The notes under the pieces are model-generated. The model saw nothing but the letters and a program-made list of their open reading frames with translations. It was not told the origin of the DNA and ran no database searches. Positions 51,642 through 61,034 of a stretch of 64,000 nucleotides of DNA are shown piece after piece. Positions within the stretch are counted from its first letter, which is position 1; each line of letters opens with the position of its first letter. This DNA is from Pirellulales bacterium. Lineage in GTDB: Bacteria; Planctomycetota; Planctomycetia; Pirellulales; UBA1268. The position numbers and the translations under genes were made by a program. Location of the stretch: positions 68,321-132,320 of the forward strand of contig JBBAVV010000003.1 of assembly GCA_040397545.1 (NCBI GenBank). The letters run 5' to 3'.

Positions 51642-51818
51642 CTATTTGCCGATGACCTTCCGTTTGCCGCCTCCGATGGGAACTTGCTGTGGGGAGTCGA
51701 CGTCCTCGCGTGGCCCCCTCGGCTTGCGGGCTACCTTCTTCACGGCCTTCTTGGTGACCTTCTTCGTCACCTTCTTCGCCGCGGCGGGCTTCTTCTTCGC
51801 GGCCTTCTTCTTCGCCAT
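51642..51818 (-). CDS. small Lys/Ala-rich histone-H1/AlgP-like basic protein (58 aa)
   Basis: MAKKKAAKKKPAAAKKVTKKVTKKAVKKVARKPRG.. with AGGAG 10 nt upstream of the ATG. Low-complexity KK(A/V)(T/A)KK repeats resemble bacterial H1-like proteins. Confidence 0.55.
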   Translation of the reverse strand: MAKKKAAKKKPAAAKKVTKKVTKKAVKKVARKPRGPREDVDSPQQVPIGGGKRKVIGK

Positions 51819-52033
51819 GATCCATGACTCCTGCAGAACGTTCGATGGGCGCCCGATCGCCGACGGCGATCGTGGATGATCGTTTTCGTACCACACGCAC
51901 GGGGGAAGCGACAACGGCCCGGCGTGGTGCAAAGCGCGAGGCTCGCCGCCCGGAGCCCCACCCGGATCCGGTCGACGGGATACCCTGTCGGGTGCGTCCT
52001 GTCGTGCTTCGCTCCCGGCCCCCGATCGATCCC

Positions 52034-54802
52034 ATGCCCCACCTCCACTCCTGTCTCCGTTTCGCGCCCCTTCTCCTCGCCCTCCTGTTCTGGCCCGGCC
52101 GCACGTCGGCTGCCGACGAGCGCCCGGTCGTCGTGGCTGACTTCAGCACCCCCGCGCACGGCTGGCGAGCCAACGGCTCGATCGGCGGTCTGGCGGAGGG
52201 GGCGGATGGGCTGTCGATGATCTGCCGGGGAGAGGATCCCTATCTCGTCGGGCCGGTCGTCGATCTCCCTCTGCCCCCCGGCGCCCGCAAGCTCCTGCTC
52301 GAACTCGAAGGGAGCGCGGCAGGGGATGTCCGCTGCTACGCCGCGGCCGAGGGGAAGGAGTTTGCCGAGGGGTGGGCAGTGAATCTCGTCGCCGACGGCA
52401 CGGGGACATTTCGCGGGGTGCTGCCGGCGCTCGGCGAGCGCGTCCGATTCCGGCTCGATCCCCCCGACGGCGCTGTCCCCGTCCGCCTCGGACGGCTCGT
52501 CGCCACGCCTCTGATCCCGCTCGCCCCGGCCCCCCCGGCCGGCCGCCCCGCGCCGCTGATCCTCCCGGGCGACGCCCTGGTGGTGAAGCAGGGGGGGGTA
52601 AGCGTGGCTCACGATCCGCACCGCTGGAACGCCCTCTCGATCTCGATCGGCGGCCGGCGGATGGCCGACAGCAATCCAGCCGAGGTGTTTTCCTCTCGGG
52701 GGGCGGCTGGTGGAATCCCCGTCGATGCCGGCGCCGGGGGCGTCGTGTCGCGGGTGCTGGCGGAGGGATTCGAGATCGTCGCCACGGTGCCCGAAGAGGG
52801 CGACGGGGCCGCCACCTGGCGCTTCAGCCGGCGGTTCACGGCCGCCGAGCGCGGCGTGCGCATCGAGACTCTCGTTGAAGTCGACCGGCCTCGCGAGCTG
52901 ATCCATCTGCCGTGGCTGACGCTCTTTGCCGGCCGGGGAACGTTCGGCACGGGCAAGTCGCAGGCGCTCCTGCCGGGGGTCGAATACCTCGACGACGAAC
53001 CCTCTTCGAACGACAAGGAGATCCGCGGGCCAGCCGCGAACCGGCAGCTTGTCGATCCTGCCAAGGTTTGCTTTCCATCGATGGTCCTCGTCGCCGCTGG
53101 GCGCTGGCTGGCGGTCGACTGGGAGCCGGGGGCCGTCCCGGCCTCCCCCCTCTTCGATTCCCCCGATCGGATGTTCGCGTCCGGTGGCCATGTTCTCGGG
53201 CTCTGGTCGCCAGCGGCAGGGGCCTTCGAGCCGCTGCCGCCGCGCTTCGAGGGGGAGCGGGAGATCTACCGGGGTGTCATGCTCGAGCCTGGCAAGGCGG
53301 TGCGCCAGGCGATCACGATCCGCGGCGGCGGCGGCGATACGGTCCTCGCCGCGGTGGCCGAGTGGGTCCGCGTCGAGGGGCTGCCGCCACTCCCCGCCAG
53401 CGCCCCCGGGGCCGATGGCGGCCTCGAGGCCGCCTGTCGGCTCCTCGCCCACGGCTGGCTCGATTCCACCGCGCGCGACGGCACGACCTGGCGCCACGCC
53501 GTCTGGCAGGGGCGCTTCGCCGCACAGCCCGCCGCCGATGCGCCGGCCTGCATGCTCTGGCTGGCTGCGCATGTCGGCGATGCGCCACTTGCCGCGCGGC
53601 TCCGTGCCACGGCGCATGAAGCGCTCGCGGCGCTGCCGGCAGGGGCCACCGGGGGCATCGGTCATCTCGCGCGGCCGGCGCTGCCGCTCCTCCTGCGCCC
53701 CGCGGTGGCCGATGACGCCGCCGTCGGGCTGGCGCTCACGGCTGCGGCGGCGCAGGCCCGGGCGATCGCTGCCGAACTGACGGCAGCGGGAGGGAAGGAT
53801 CGCTACGTCGCCGGCCCGACCGACTACGCGGCGACGCTCGGGGGAGACGGATGCAACGGCCACACCGCCATTCGGGCCGAGGCCCTGCTCGAGGCGGCGG
53901 TTTTGGGGGGGGACGAAGCGGCGATCGGTGCGGCCCTCGCCGCGCTCGATGGAGTCGCGGTGGCCTGGCCGGCCGGCGCCGTGCCGCGTGGCGCGCAGCC
54001 TTGGGAGATGCCGCTCCACACCCCCGACATCCTCGCCTCGGCCCGGCTCGTGCGCATCCATCTCCTCGGCCATCTCCTCGATGGCGATCCGGCCCGGCTC
54101 GAGCAGGCCCGACTGTGGGCCTGGTCGGGCGTGCCGTTTGTCTATCTGCGGGATCCGCTCCCCGGGCCGGTGGGGCGCTATGCCACGATCGGGGTTCTCG
54201 GGGCCACCGATTGGGTGGCGCCGGTGTGGATCGGGCAGCCGGTGCAGTGGTGCGGGCTGGTCTATGCCGGCGCCCTCCACGACCTCACCCGCGCCACCGA
54301 CGGCGCCGCCGCAGAGCCCTGGCAGACGCTCGCCCGCGGGATCACGCGGAGCGGACTGCAGATGACGTTCCCGATCGATGACGCGGCCGGTCGCGGTGGC
54401 CTCCTCCCCGACTATTGGCTGTTCGGATCGAACTGCGGCGCCGGGCCGGCGATCAACCCGGCCACGGTCCAGGCGACGCTCGCCGAGGCCTTCGAGGCCA
54501 CGCCGCTGGTGACGGCGACGCGCCTCACCGGGAGCCCGACGGATTCAGCCGGCCACGTCCTCCATCTTCCCGGTGTGGTGCGCCGCGCGACCTCCACCGC
54601 CGCCGCGACCACCGTCGAGGTCATGCTCTGGCCGGAGGAGCCGAGCCGGCTGATCCTGACGCGTGTGACGCGGCTCCCGCATGCAGTCGTCTGGAATGGA
54701 CTGCCGATCGAGGCCCGCCTCCTGGCCACCGGTTGCTTGACGGTCACCGTCCCCGGTCAGGACGGGGCCCGTCGCGCCGGCACGCTCGTCATCGAGTGGT
54801 GA
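52034..54802 (+). CDS. large secreted hypothetical protein (922 aa)
   Basis: Signal peptide MPHLHSCLRFAPLLLALLFWPGRTSA, consistent GC3-rich coding throughout, and no family recognised. The track start at 51824 is an upstream over-extension. Confidence 0.7.
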   Translation: MPHLHSCLRFAPLLLALLFWPGRTSAADERPVVVADFSTPAHGWRANGSIGGLAEGADGLSMICRGEDPYLVGPVVDLPLPPGARKLLLELEGSAAGDVRCYAAAEGKEFAEGWAVNLVADGTGTFRGVLPALGERVRFRLDPPDGAVPVRLGRLVATPLIPLAPAPPAGRPAPLILPGDALVVKQGGVSVAHDPHRWNALSISIGGRRMADSNPAEVFSSRGAAGGIPVDAGAGGVVSRVLAEGFEIVATVPEEGDGAATWRFSRRFTAAERGVRIETLVEVDRPRELIHLPWLTLFAGRGTFGTGKSQALLPGVEYLDDEPSSNDKEIRGPAANRQLVDPAKVCFPSMVLVAAGRWLAVDWEPGAVPASPLFDSPDRMFASGGHVLGLWSPAAGAFEPLPPRFEGEREIYRGVMLEPGKAVRQAITIRGGGGDTVLAAVAEWVRVEGLPPLPASAPGADGGLEAACRLLAHGWLDSTARDGTTWRHAVWQGRFAAQPAADAPACMLWLAAHVGDAPLAARLRATAHEALAALPAGATGGIGHLARPALPLLLRPAVADDAAVGLALTAAAAQARAIAAELTAAGGKDRYVAGPTDYAATLGGDGCNGHTAIRAEALLEAAVLGGDEAAIGAALAALDGVAVAWPAGAVPRGAQPWEMPLHTPDILASARLVRIHLLGHLLDGDPARLEQARLWAWSGVPFVYLRDPLPGPVGRYATIGVLGATDWVAPVWIGQPVQWCGLVYAGALHDLTRATDGAAAEPWQTLARGITRSGLQMTFPIDDAAGRGGLLPDYWLFGSNCGAGPAINPATVQATLAEAFEATPLVTATRLTGSPTDSAGHVLHLPGVVRRATSTAAATTVEVMLWPEEPSRLILTRVTRLPHAVVWNGLPIEARLLATGCLTVTVPGQDGARRAGTLVIEW

Positions 54803-54828
54803 GCGGCGCGGGCGCAGCCCCGGGGCGA

Positions 54829-56151
54829 CTACACCAGTTCCCGGATCAGGCCCCGCTCCGCGAGGAGGTGCCAGGGCCTGCCGGTATTGTCGTCGAGCGT
54901 GGTATCGGGATTGATGCCGAGGTGACGGTAGATCATCGCCAGGACATGCTGCGGTCGGTAGGGGGCGGCATTCGCTGCCGCCCCGTTGGCATCGGTGGCG
55001 CCGATCACCTGCCCCATCTTCAATCCCCCGCCTGCCACGAGAACGCTCATCACTCTCCCCCAGTGATCACGGCCGGCCGTCTTGTTGACCTTCGGGGTCC
55101 GTCCGAACTCCCCCATCGCCACGACGAGCACATCCCGGTCGAGGCCACGCTCGCCGAGATCACCCACCAGGGCCGCGATCGCCTGATCGTAGCGCCCGCC
55201 CTTGCCGCGCATCGATTTCTCGATGTCTTTGTGATCATCCCAGCCCGGGACTCGCACGGTGACGAACATCACCCCGTGCTCGACGAGGCGCCGCGCGAGG
55301 AGCATGCTCTGTCCGACGGGGTTCCGCCCGTAGACTTTGCGGATTCTGGCATCCTCCTGGTCGATGTCGAAGGCCCTGCGGGCACCATCGCCGGTGAGCA
55401 TCTCGAAGGCTTCGTCGGCGAGCGTGTCCATCGCCAGCACTGTCCCCGCCGTGTCGCGGAGGTGTCGGGCCTGGTCGAGCTCTGCCAGGAGCGATTGCCG
55501 ATCGGCGAGCCGCTCGGGGGTCAGCCCCCGTGCAAGGCTGATGTTCGGCACCGTGAAGGGGGTCTTGTTGGGATCATTGACGGTCTCGTACGGCGCGAAT
55601 CCCGCGCCGAGCCAGGCAGCGCCACCGAACCGCATGCCCCTCGGGATTGCGACGAACGCCGGCAGGCCGGGCCTGTTCCTGCCACGGAGATGAGCCGCCA
55701 CCGCGCCCACGCAAGGCATCTCGTTTTGCCGGCTCTGGTTGTTGCGCAGGTACCAGCCGGTCTGCGCCAGGTGGGCGCTGGTCTCGTGGCTCCCCGAGTT
55801 GTGGGTGACCGAACGGATGATGGCGAGCTTGTCGGCGATCTTGGCCTGCTCGGCCATGAGCTCGCTGAACTCGATCCCCGGGACATTCGTAGGGATGGCC
55901 CGCAGTGGCCCGCGGACTTCGGCCGTCGCACGGGGCTTGGGGTCGTAGGTCTCGTGTTGAGCGGGTCCGCCGGCCAATTCGACGTAGATCACGGCCGCTG
56001 TCTTGGAGGACGAACCGGCAGCCATGCTCTCCGCCTGAAGCCGACGGAGTGCCGGGAGGGAGAGGCCAATCATCCCCCCCAGGCCGCTGTGGAGCAGATG
56101 GCGACGATGGAATCGATCACGCGCCGCGCCGATTTCGCTGCAACCAGACAT
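54829..56151 (-). CDS. DUF1501 domain protein (Tat signal)
   Basis: MSGCSEIGAARDRFHRRHLLHSGLGG.., then AVIYVELAGGPAQHETYDPKP and AMGEFGRTPKVN..GRDHWG. It occupies only the 3' third of track ORF 54829-59133; the rest of that ORF is antisense shadow. Confidence 0.9.
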   Translation of the reverse strand: MSGCSEIGAARDRFHRRHLLHSGLGGMIGLSLPALRRLQAESMAAGSSSKTAAVIYVELAGGPAQHETYDPKPRATAEVRGPLRAIPTNVPGIEFSELMAEQAKIADKLAIIRSVTHNSGSHETSAHLAQTGWYLRNNQSRQNEMPCVGAVAAHLRGRNRPGLPAFVAIPRGMRFGGAAWLGAGFAPYETVNDPNKTPFTVPNISLARGLTPERLADRQSLLAELDQARHLRDTAGTVLAMDTLADEAFEMLTGDGARRAFDIDQEDARIRKVYGRNPVGQSMLLARRLVEHGVMFVTVRVPGWDDHKDIEKSMRGKGGRYDQAIAALVGDLGERGLDRDVLVVAMGEFGRTPKVNKTAGRDHWGRVMSVLVAGGGLKMGQVIGATDANGAAANAAPYRPQHVLAMIYRHLGINPDTTLDDNTGRPWHLLAERGLIRELV

Positions 56152-56279
56152 GACTCGCTCCAGACCAAGGGGAGGGGGCGACCAGGGCCTCCAAGCATAG
56201 TTGATCCCCTTCCGGTCAAGCGGACGCGCGTGGCCCCACCCGGCCGCCGCACGCGCCCTACCCTGGGCCGGCGACGGAG

Positions 56280-56309
56280 TTGCAACCCGCGCGGCAGCGG
56301 AGCGACAAT
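56280..56309 (+). promoter_or_regulatory. sigma70-like promoter candidate for the third PSCyt/DUF1553 gene
   Basis: TTGCAA (56280-56285), an 18-nt spacer, then GACAAT (56304-56309), ~45 nt upstream of ATG 56356. Support is motif match only. Confidence 0.3.
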
Positions 56310-56355
56310 CATGGTTTGGCGAGGTGAGGGGTTTTTTCTGAAGGAGCGTCGCGGC

Positions 56356-59300
56356 ATGGCCATGCTCGGGCAGGGAACGGTTCAACGGGCGGGCCGGGTG
56401 GCCGCGCTGCTGATCGCGGCCGGTGTCGGCATGCTCGCCGGGAAGGGGGCGCGTGCCGCTGAAGCGCCGGCTCCCGCGGCTGTCCGCTTCGACCGCGACG
56501 TCCTTCCGGTCCTCGCCAATGCCTGCTTCGCCTGCCACGGGCCCGATGCGGCCAACCGTCAGGCCGATCTGCGGCTCGACACCCTCGAGGGGGCCACCGC
56601 GCCGCGCGACGGCAGCCCGGCGATCGTGCCAGGCAATCCACAGGCAAGCGTGCTCCTCGAGCGGCTCCGCTCCACCGATCCCGACGTCGTCATGCCCCCT
56701 CCCGGCACGAATAAGGTGGTCACGCCGCAGCAGCGCGACTCGATCGCAGCCTGGATCGCCGCCGGCGCCCCCTACGAGGGGCATTGGGCCTACCGTCCGC
56801 TCGTCCGCCCGGTGCCTCCGGCAGCCGGGCTGCCGGTCGATGCCTTCATCGGCAGGGAGCTGGCAGCTTCGGGGCTCGCGGCCGCCGGCGAGGCCGATCG
56901 GGCGACGCTTGCCCGCCGCGTCTCCCTCGATCTCACCGGCATCCCCCCGGAACCGGCCGAGATCGATGCCTTCCTGGCCGATCCCTCCCCCGAGGCTTTC
57001 GAGCGCTTCGTCGATCGGCTCCTCGCCAGCCCCGCCCATGCCGAACGGATGGCGGCGTGGTGGCTCGATCTGGTGCGCTACGCCGATTCGGTCGGCTACC
57101 ACGGCGACCAGGAGGTGACGGTGTGGCCCTACCGCGATTGGGTGATCCGGGCGTTCGCGGAGAACATGCCGTTCGACCGCTTTACGCGCGAGCAACTCGG
57201 CGGCGATCTCCTCCCCGGCAATACGCTCGATCAGCGCGTCGCCGCGGCCTACAACCGGCTCGGGATGATGAGTGCCGAAGGGGGGGCGCAGGCCGAGGAA
57301 TACCTCCTCAAGTATGCCTCCGACCGGGTGCGCGACGTCTCGGGGGCCTGGCTCGGCTCGACGCTCGGCTGCGCCGAATGCCACGACCACAAGTACGACC
57401 CGTTCACGATGCGCGACTTCTACTCGATGGCGGCCTACTTTGCCGACATCGAGGAGCGCGGCGTCTACGACATCGGCCAGGGGCGCGACAAGGCGTGGGG
57501 ACGGATGGAGCTGTTCACGACGCCGCTCCAGGCAGCTGAGCTTGCCGCGCTCGACGAGCGTGTCGCCACGGCGAAGCGCGATCTCGACACCGACACGCCC
57601 TCCCTCGCAGCCGCGCGGGAGGCCTGGATCGAACGGGTGAAGCAGGATCCCTGGAAGACGCTCGCACCGCTGACCAGCGCCGCCAGCGGTGGCGCCACCC
57701 TCGCCCTCCAGGACGACCGCTCGGTGCTCGCCTCCGGCCCGCGCCCTGACGTTGGCGACACGACGCTCGTCTTCGAGCTTCCCCCGGGGCCTTTTGTCGG
57801 CCTCCGGCTCGAGGCCCTGACGCACGACAGCCTCCCCAACAAGGGCCCGGGGCGGGCCGACAATGGCAACTTTGTCGTCTCCGAGGTGACGCTCGCCCTC
57901 CGCAGTGCCGCCGCCGGGAAGGAGGCGAAGGGGCTCGCCGACGACAAGCCCGTGCCACTCACGCGCGCCCTGGCGAGCTTCGAGCAGTCGGTGGTGGGCG
58001 ACATCACGCCGTCGGGGAAGTGGCTGGCGGCCTATACCATCGACGGCCGCCACAGCGGCGACAACGTCGGCTGGGCGATCCACGAGGAGGTGGGGCGCGA
58101 CCAGTGGCTCATCGTCCGTGCCGACACACCGATCGGGATTCCCGCCGACACGCTCCTGGTGGTCACGATCGAGCAGCACCATCCGGTCGGCTACCAGGTG
58201 GGGCGGTTCCGCCTGGCGGTGGCGGCCGAGCCGACCGACGATCCCGGCCCCGGCCTCCACCCGGAGCCGGTTCGGATCGCCAGTGGCAAGCCGGCGGCCG
58301 AGCGGTCGGCCGAAGAGACGGCGCTGTTGGTCGAGCGTTTCCGGGCGAGCGCCCCGGAGCTCTCCGGCCAGCGCGAAGCGCTCGCCGCGGCGCAGCGGGC
58401 CCGCAAGGACTTCGTCGATCGCCTCCCCTACATCCCGGTGACGGTGGCAGTCGAGCCGCGCCCGGTGCGGATCCTTCCCCGCGGGAATTGGATGGATCGC
58501 TCCGGCGACGTCGTGGTGCCTTCCGCGCCGGCGTTCCTCTCCGGAGCGGCGGCCGCTGCCGCAGCCGCGCCCCCCCCGCGCCCCACCCGTCTCGATCTCG
58601 CCGCGTGGATGACCGCGCCTGCCAATCCCCTCGTCGCGCGCGTCCTCGCCAACCGGCTGTGGGCGATCTGCTTTGGCCAGGGGCTCTCCCGTCGGCTCGA
58701 CGACCATGGCGCCCAGGGGGAGCCGCCGAGCCACCCCGAGCTGCTCGATTGGCTCGCCTGCGAACTGCGGGATGGCACCGCGCAGCCTCCGGGCACCCCC
58801 TGGAACCTCCGCGCGGTTCTCCGGGAGATCGTCACGAGCCGGGCCTACCGTCAAAGCAGCACCGCACCGCGCGAGGCGATCGAGCGCGATCCGGAGAATC
58901 GGCTCCTCGCTCGGCAGAACCGGCTTCGGGTCGAGGCGGAGATGGTCCGCGACACGGCACTGTCGGCGGCGGGCTTGCTCGTGCGCACGGTGGGGGGCCC
59001 GAGCGTGAAGCCCTACCAGCCGGAGGGCTACTGGGATTATCTGAACTTCCCACAGCGCACCTGGCAGGCCGATCAGGGGGAGAGCCTCTACCGGCGCGGC
59101 CTCTACACCCACTGGCAGCGGCAATACCTCCATCCGGCGCTGATGGTCTTCGATGCCCCCAGCCGGGAGGAATGCACCGCGCGGCGCCCCCGGTCAAATA
59201 CGCCGCTCCAGGCCCTCGTGCTTCTGAACGATCCCGAATATGTCGAGGCAGCGCGCGCCCTGGCGACCAAATCGATGGCCGAGGCGGGGCCCGATCCTCT

Positions 59301-59547
59301 CGCGCGGGCACGCTTCCTTCTTCGTCGTGCCGTGGGGCGGATTCCCACGGAGCGGGAAGTGGCGGTCGTCGCGGAACTGGCGACGGCCGAACGGGCCCGG
59401 TTTGCCGCCGTTGCCGGGGCGGCTGAAAAGCTCCTCTCGATCGGTGCGCACCCGGTGCCGGCAGGTCTCGATCCGATCGAGCTTGCCGCCTGGACGACCG
59501 CCGCCCGGGCCGTGCTCAACATGCAGGAAACCTACACGAGGAACTGA
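56356..59547 (+). CDS. PSCyt1/DUF1549/DUF1553 domain protein
   Basis: AAGGAG lies 10 nt upstream of ATG 56356. Signal peptide, then CFACHGPDAANRQADLRLD. DUF1549 block (VDAFIGREL..LTGIPPEPAEIDAFL). DUF1553-type C-terminus. Confidence 0.9.
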   Translation: MAMLGQGTVQRAGRVAALLIAAGVGMLAGKGARAAEAPAPAAVRFDRDVLPVLANACFACHGPDAANRQADLRLDTLEGATAPRDGSPAIVPGNPQASVLLERLRSTDPDVVMPPPGTNKVVTPQQRDSIAAWIAAGAPYEGHWAYRPLVRPVPPAAGLPVDAFIGRELAASGLAAAGEADRATLARRVSLDLTGIPPEPAEIDAFLADPSPEAFERFVDRLLASPAHAERMAAWWLDLVRYADSVGYHGDQEVTVWPYRDWVIRAFAENMPFDRFTREQLGGDLLPGNTLDQRVAAAYNRLGMMSAEGGAQAEEYLLKYASDRVRDVSGAWLGSTLGCAECHDHKYDPFTMRDFYSMAAYFADIEERGVYDIGQGRDKAWGRMELFTTPLQAAELAALDERVATAKRDLDTDTPSLAAAREAWIERVKQDPWKTLAPLTSAASGGATLALQDDRSVLASGPRPDVGDTTLVFELPPGPFVGLRLEALTHDSLPNKGPGRADNGNFVVSEVTLALRSAAAGKEAKGLADDKPVPLTRALASFEQSVVGDITPSGKWLAAYTIDGRHSGDNVGWAIHEEVGRDQWLIVRADTPIGIPADTLLVVTIEQHHPVGYQVGRFRLAVAAEPTDDPGPGLHPEPVRIASGKPAAERSAEETALLVERFRASAPELSGQREALAAAQRARKDFVDRLPYIPVTVAVEPRPVRILPRGNWMDRSGDVVVPSAPAFLSGAAAAAAAAPPPRPTRLDLAAWMTAPANPLVARVLANRLWAICFGQGLSRRLDDHGAQGEPPSHPELLDWLACELRDGTAQPPGTPWNLRAVLREIVTSRAYRQSSTAPREAIERDPENRLLARQNRLRVEAEMVRDTALSAAGLLVRTVGGPSVKPYQPEGYWDYLNFPQRTWQADQGESLYRRGLYTHWQRQYLHPALMVFDAPSREECTARRPRSNTPLQALVLLNDPEYVEAARALATKSMAEAGPDPLARARFLLRRAVGRIPTEREVAVVAELATAERARFAAVAGAAEKLLSIGAHPVPAGLDPIELAAWTTAARAVLNMQETYTRN

Positions 59548-59551
59548 CACC

Positions 59552-61012
59552 GTGAGCCCCTTCGATCCGCGATCCGGCCCCCTCCCCGCAGGGCTCGACC
59601 CGGCCCGGCGTGCGTTCCTCGCCCGGGCTGCCGGCGGGCTCGGGCCTCTCGCCCTTGGCTCGCTCCTCGGGGGCCGGGGGGAGGCCCGGGCCGCCGCGCC
59701 GACCGGGGAGGATCTGGCCCGGTGGCCGGGGGTGATCCGGCCGTACCATGTGCCGCCGCGAGCGAAGCGGGTGATCTGGCTCTACATGGCCGGCGGCATG
59801 ACCCACCTCGACACCTTCGACCACAAGCCGAAGCTCGCCGCCATGAATGGCGAGCCGATGCCGGAGAGCTTCACCAAGGGGCAGCAGATCGCCCAGCTCC
59901 AGGGGCAGGCGCTCAAGTGTCTTGGTCCCCAGCATCCGTTCCACAAGGTGGGAAACAGCGGCCAGGAGATCAGTACGATCTTCCCGGAGATCTCCGCGCG
60001 GATCGCCGACCGAATCGCGATCGTGAAGAGCCTCCACACCGAGGCGATCAACCACGATCCCGCCCACACCTTCATGAACACCGGCGCCATGGTGCCGGGG
60101 CGGCCGGCGGCGGGGAGCTGGCTGTGGTACGGCCTCGGCTGCGACGCCCACGACCTCCCCGGCTTCATCGTCATGGTGAGCACGGGCAACTACGGCCAGC
60201 GGCAGCCGATCGCCGCGCGGCAGTGGCATTCGGGCCTTCTCCCCAGCCGGTTCCAGGGGGTCGAGTTCCGTTCCAAGGGAGACGCCGTCCTGTACGTCAA
60301 GCCGCCGGTGGGGCTCGACGGCCAGCGCGCGGTCGTCGACGCGGTCACGAGGCTCGACGGCCTCCACAACGAGGTCGTCGACGATCCGGAGATCGCTGCC
60401 AGGCTCGCGCAGTACGAGCTCGCCTTCCGGATGCAGTCGAGCGTGCCGGGGCTCCTCGATCTCTCCGATGAGACGGCCGAAACGTTCGAGCTCTACGGCA
60501 CGAAGGGGGGCGACGGATCGTTCGCCTCCAACTGCCTCCTCGCCCGGCGGCTCGCCGAACGGGGCGTCCGTTTCATCCAGCTCTATCACCGCGACTGGGA
60601 TCATCACGGCGCCGTCCAGGAGCATGTGAAGGGGACGGCGGCGGAGGTCGATCGGGGCGCTGCGGCGCTCGTCGAGGATCTGGCGCGGCGGGGGATGCTC
60701 GACGAGACGCTCGTTGTCTTCGGGACGGAGTTCGGGCGGACGCCGATGGCCCAGGGGAACGGTCGCGACCACCACATGAAGGCGTTTTCGATGTGGCTGG
60801 CCGGCGGCGGCATCAAGGGGGGGATCAGCCACGGTGCGACCGACGACCTCGGTTACGGCGTCGTCGAGAACCCTGTCACGGTCCACGACCTCCACGCCAC
60901 GCTCCTCCACCTCCTCGGCATCGACCACCTCCGGCTCACGATCCGCTCCCAGGGGCGCGATTTCCGGCTCACCGACGTCCATGGCCACGTCGTCACGGAT
61001 CTCCTCGCCTGA
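59552..61012 (+). CDS. DUF1501 domain protein (Tat signal)
   Basis: The GTG start lies 4 nt after the upstream stop. ARRAFLARAAGGLGPLALGSLLG is the Tat signal. KRVIWLYMAGGMTHLDTFDHKP and FGTEFGRTPMAQGNGRDHH are DUF1501 motifs. Confidence 0.9.
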   Translation: MSPFDPRSGPLPAGLDPARRAFLARAAGGLGPLALGSLLGGRGEARAAAPTGEDLARWPGVIRPYHVPPRAKRVIWLYMAGGMTHLDTFDHKPKLAAMNGEPMPESFTKGQQIAQLQGQALKCLGPQHPFHKVGNSGQEISTIFPEISARIADRIAIVKSLHTEAINHDPAHTFMNTGAMVPGRPAAGSWLWYGLGCDAHDLPGFIVMVSTGNYGQRQPIAARQWHSGLLPSRFQGVEFRSKGDAVLYVKPPVGLDGQRAVVDAVTRLDGLHNEVVDDPEIAARLAQYELAFRMQSSVPGLLDLSDETAETFELYGTKGGDGSFASNCLLARRLAERGVRFIQLYHRDWDHHGAVQEHVKGTAAEVDRGAAALVEDLARRGMLDETLVVFGTEFGRTPMAQGNGRDHHMKAFSMWLAGGGIKGGISHGATDDLGYGVVENPVTVHDLHATLLHLLGIDHLRLTIRSQGRDFRLTDVHGHVVTDLLA

Positions 61013-61034
61013 CGAAGGGGCGGCCCGGCGCGGC

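Noticed and set aside
51767-54280. 837-aa minus-strand ORF
   Set aside because: It is antisense to the 922-aa secreted protein gene and runs through the H1-like gene's upstream region. The Arg/Gly/Pro-rich product makes it a shadow frame.
54415-56355. Upstream 647 codons of track ORF 54415-59547 (plus strand)
   Set aside because: This part is antisense to the DUF1501 gene and overlaps the end of the 922-aa protein gene. The real gene starts at ATG 56356, which has AAGGAG upstream and a signal peptide.
56152-59133. Upstream two-thirds of track ORF 54829-59133 (minus strand)
   Set aside because: Only the 3' part (54829-56151) encodes a DUF1501 protein starting at an ATG with a Tat signal. The remainder is antisense shadow of the DUF1553 gene at 56356-59547.
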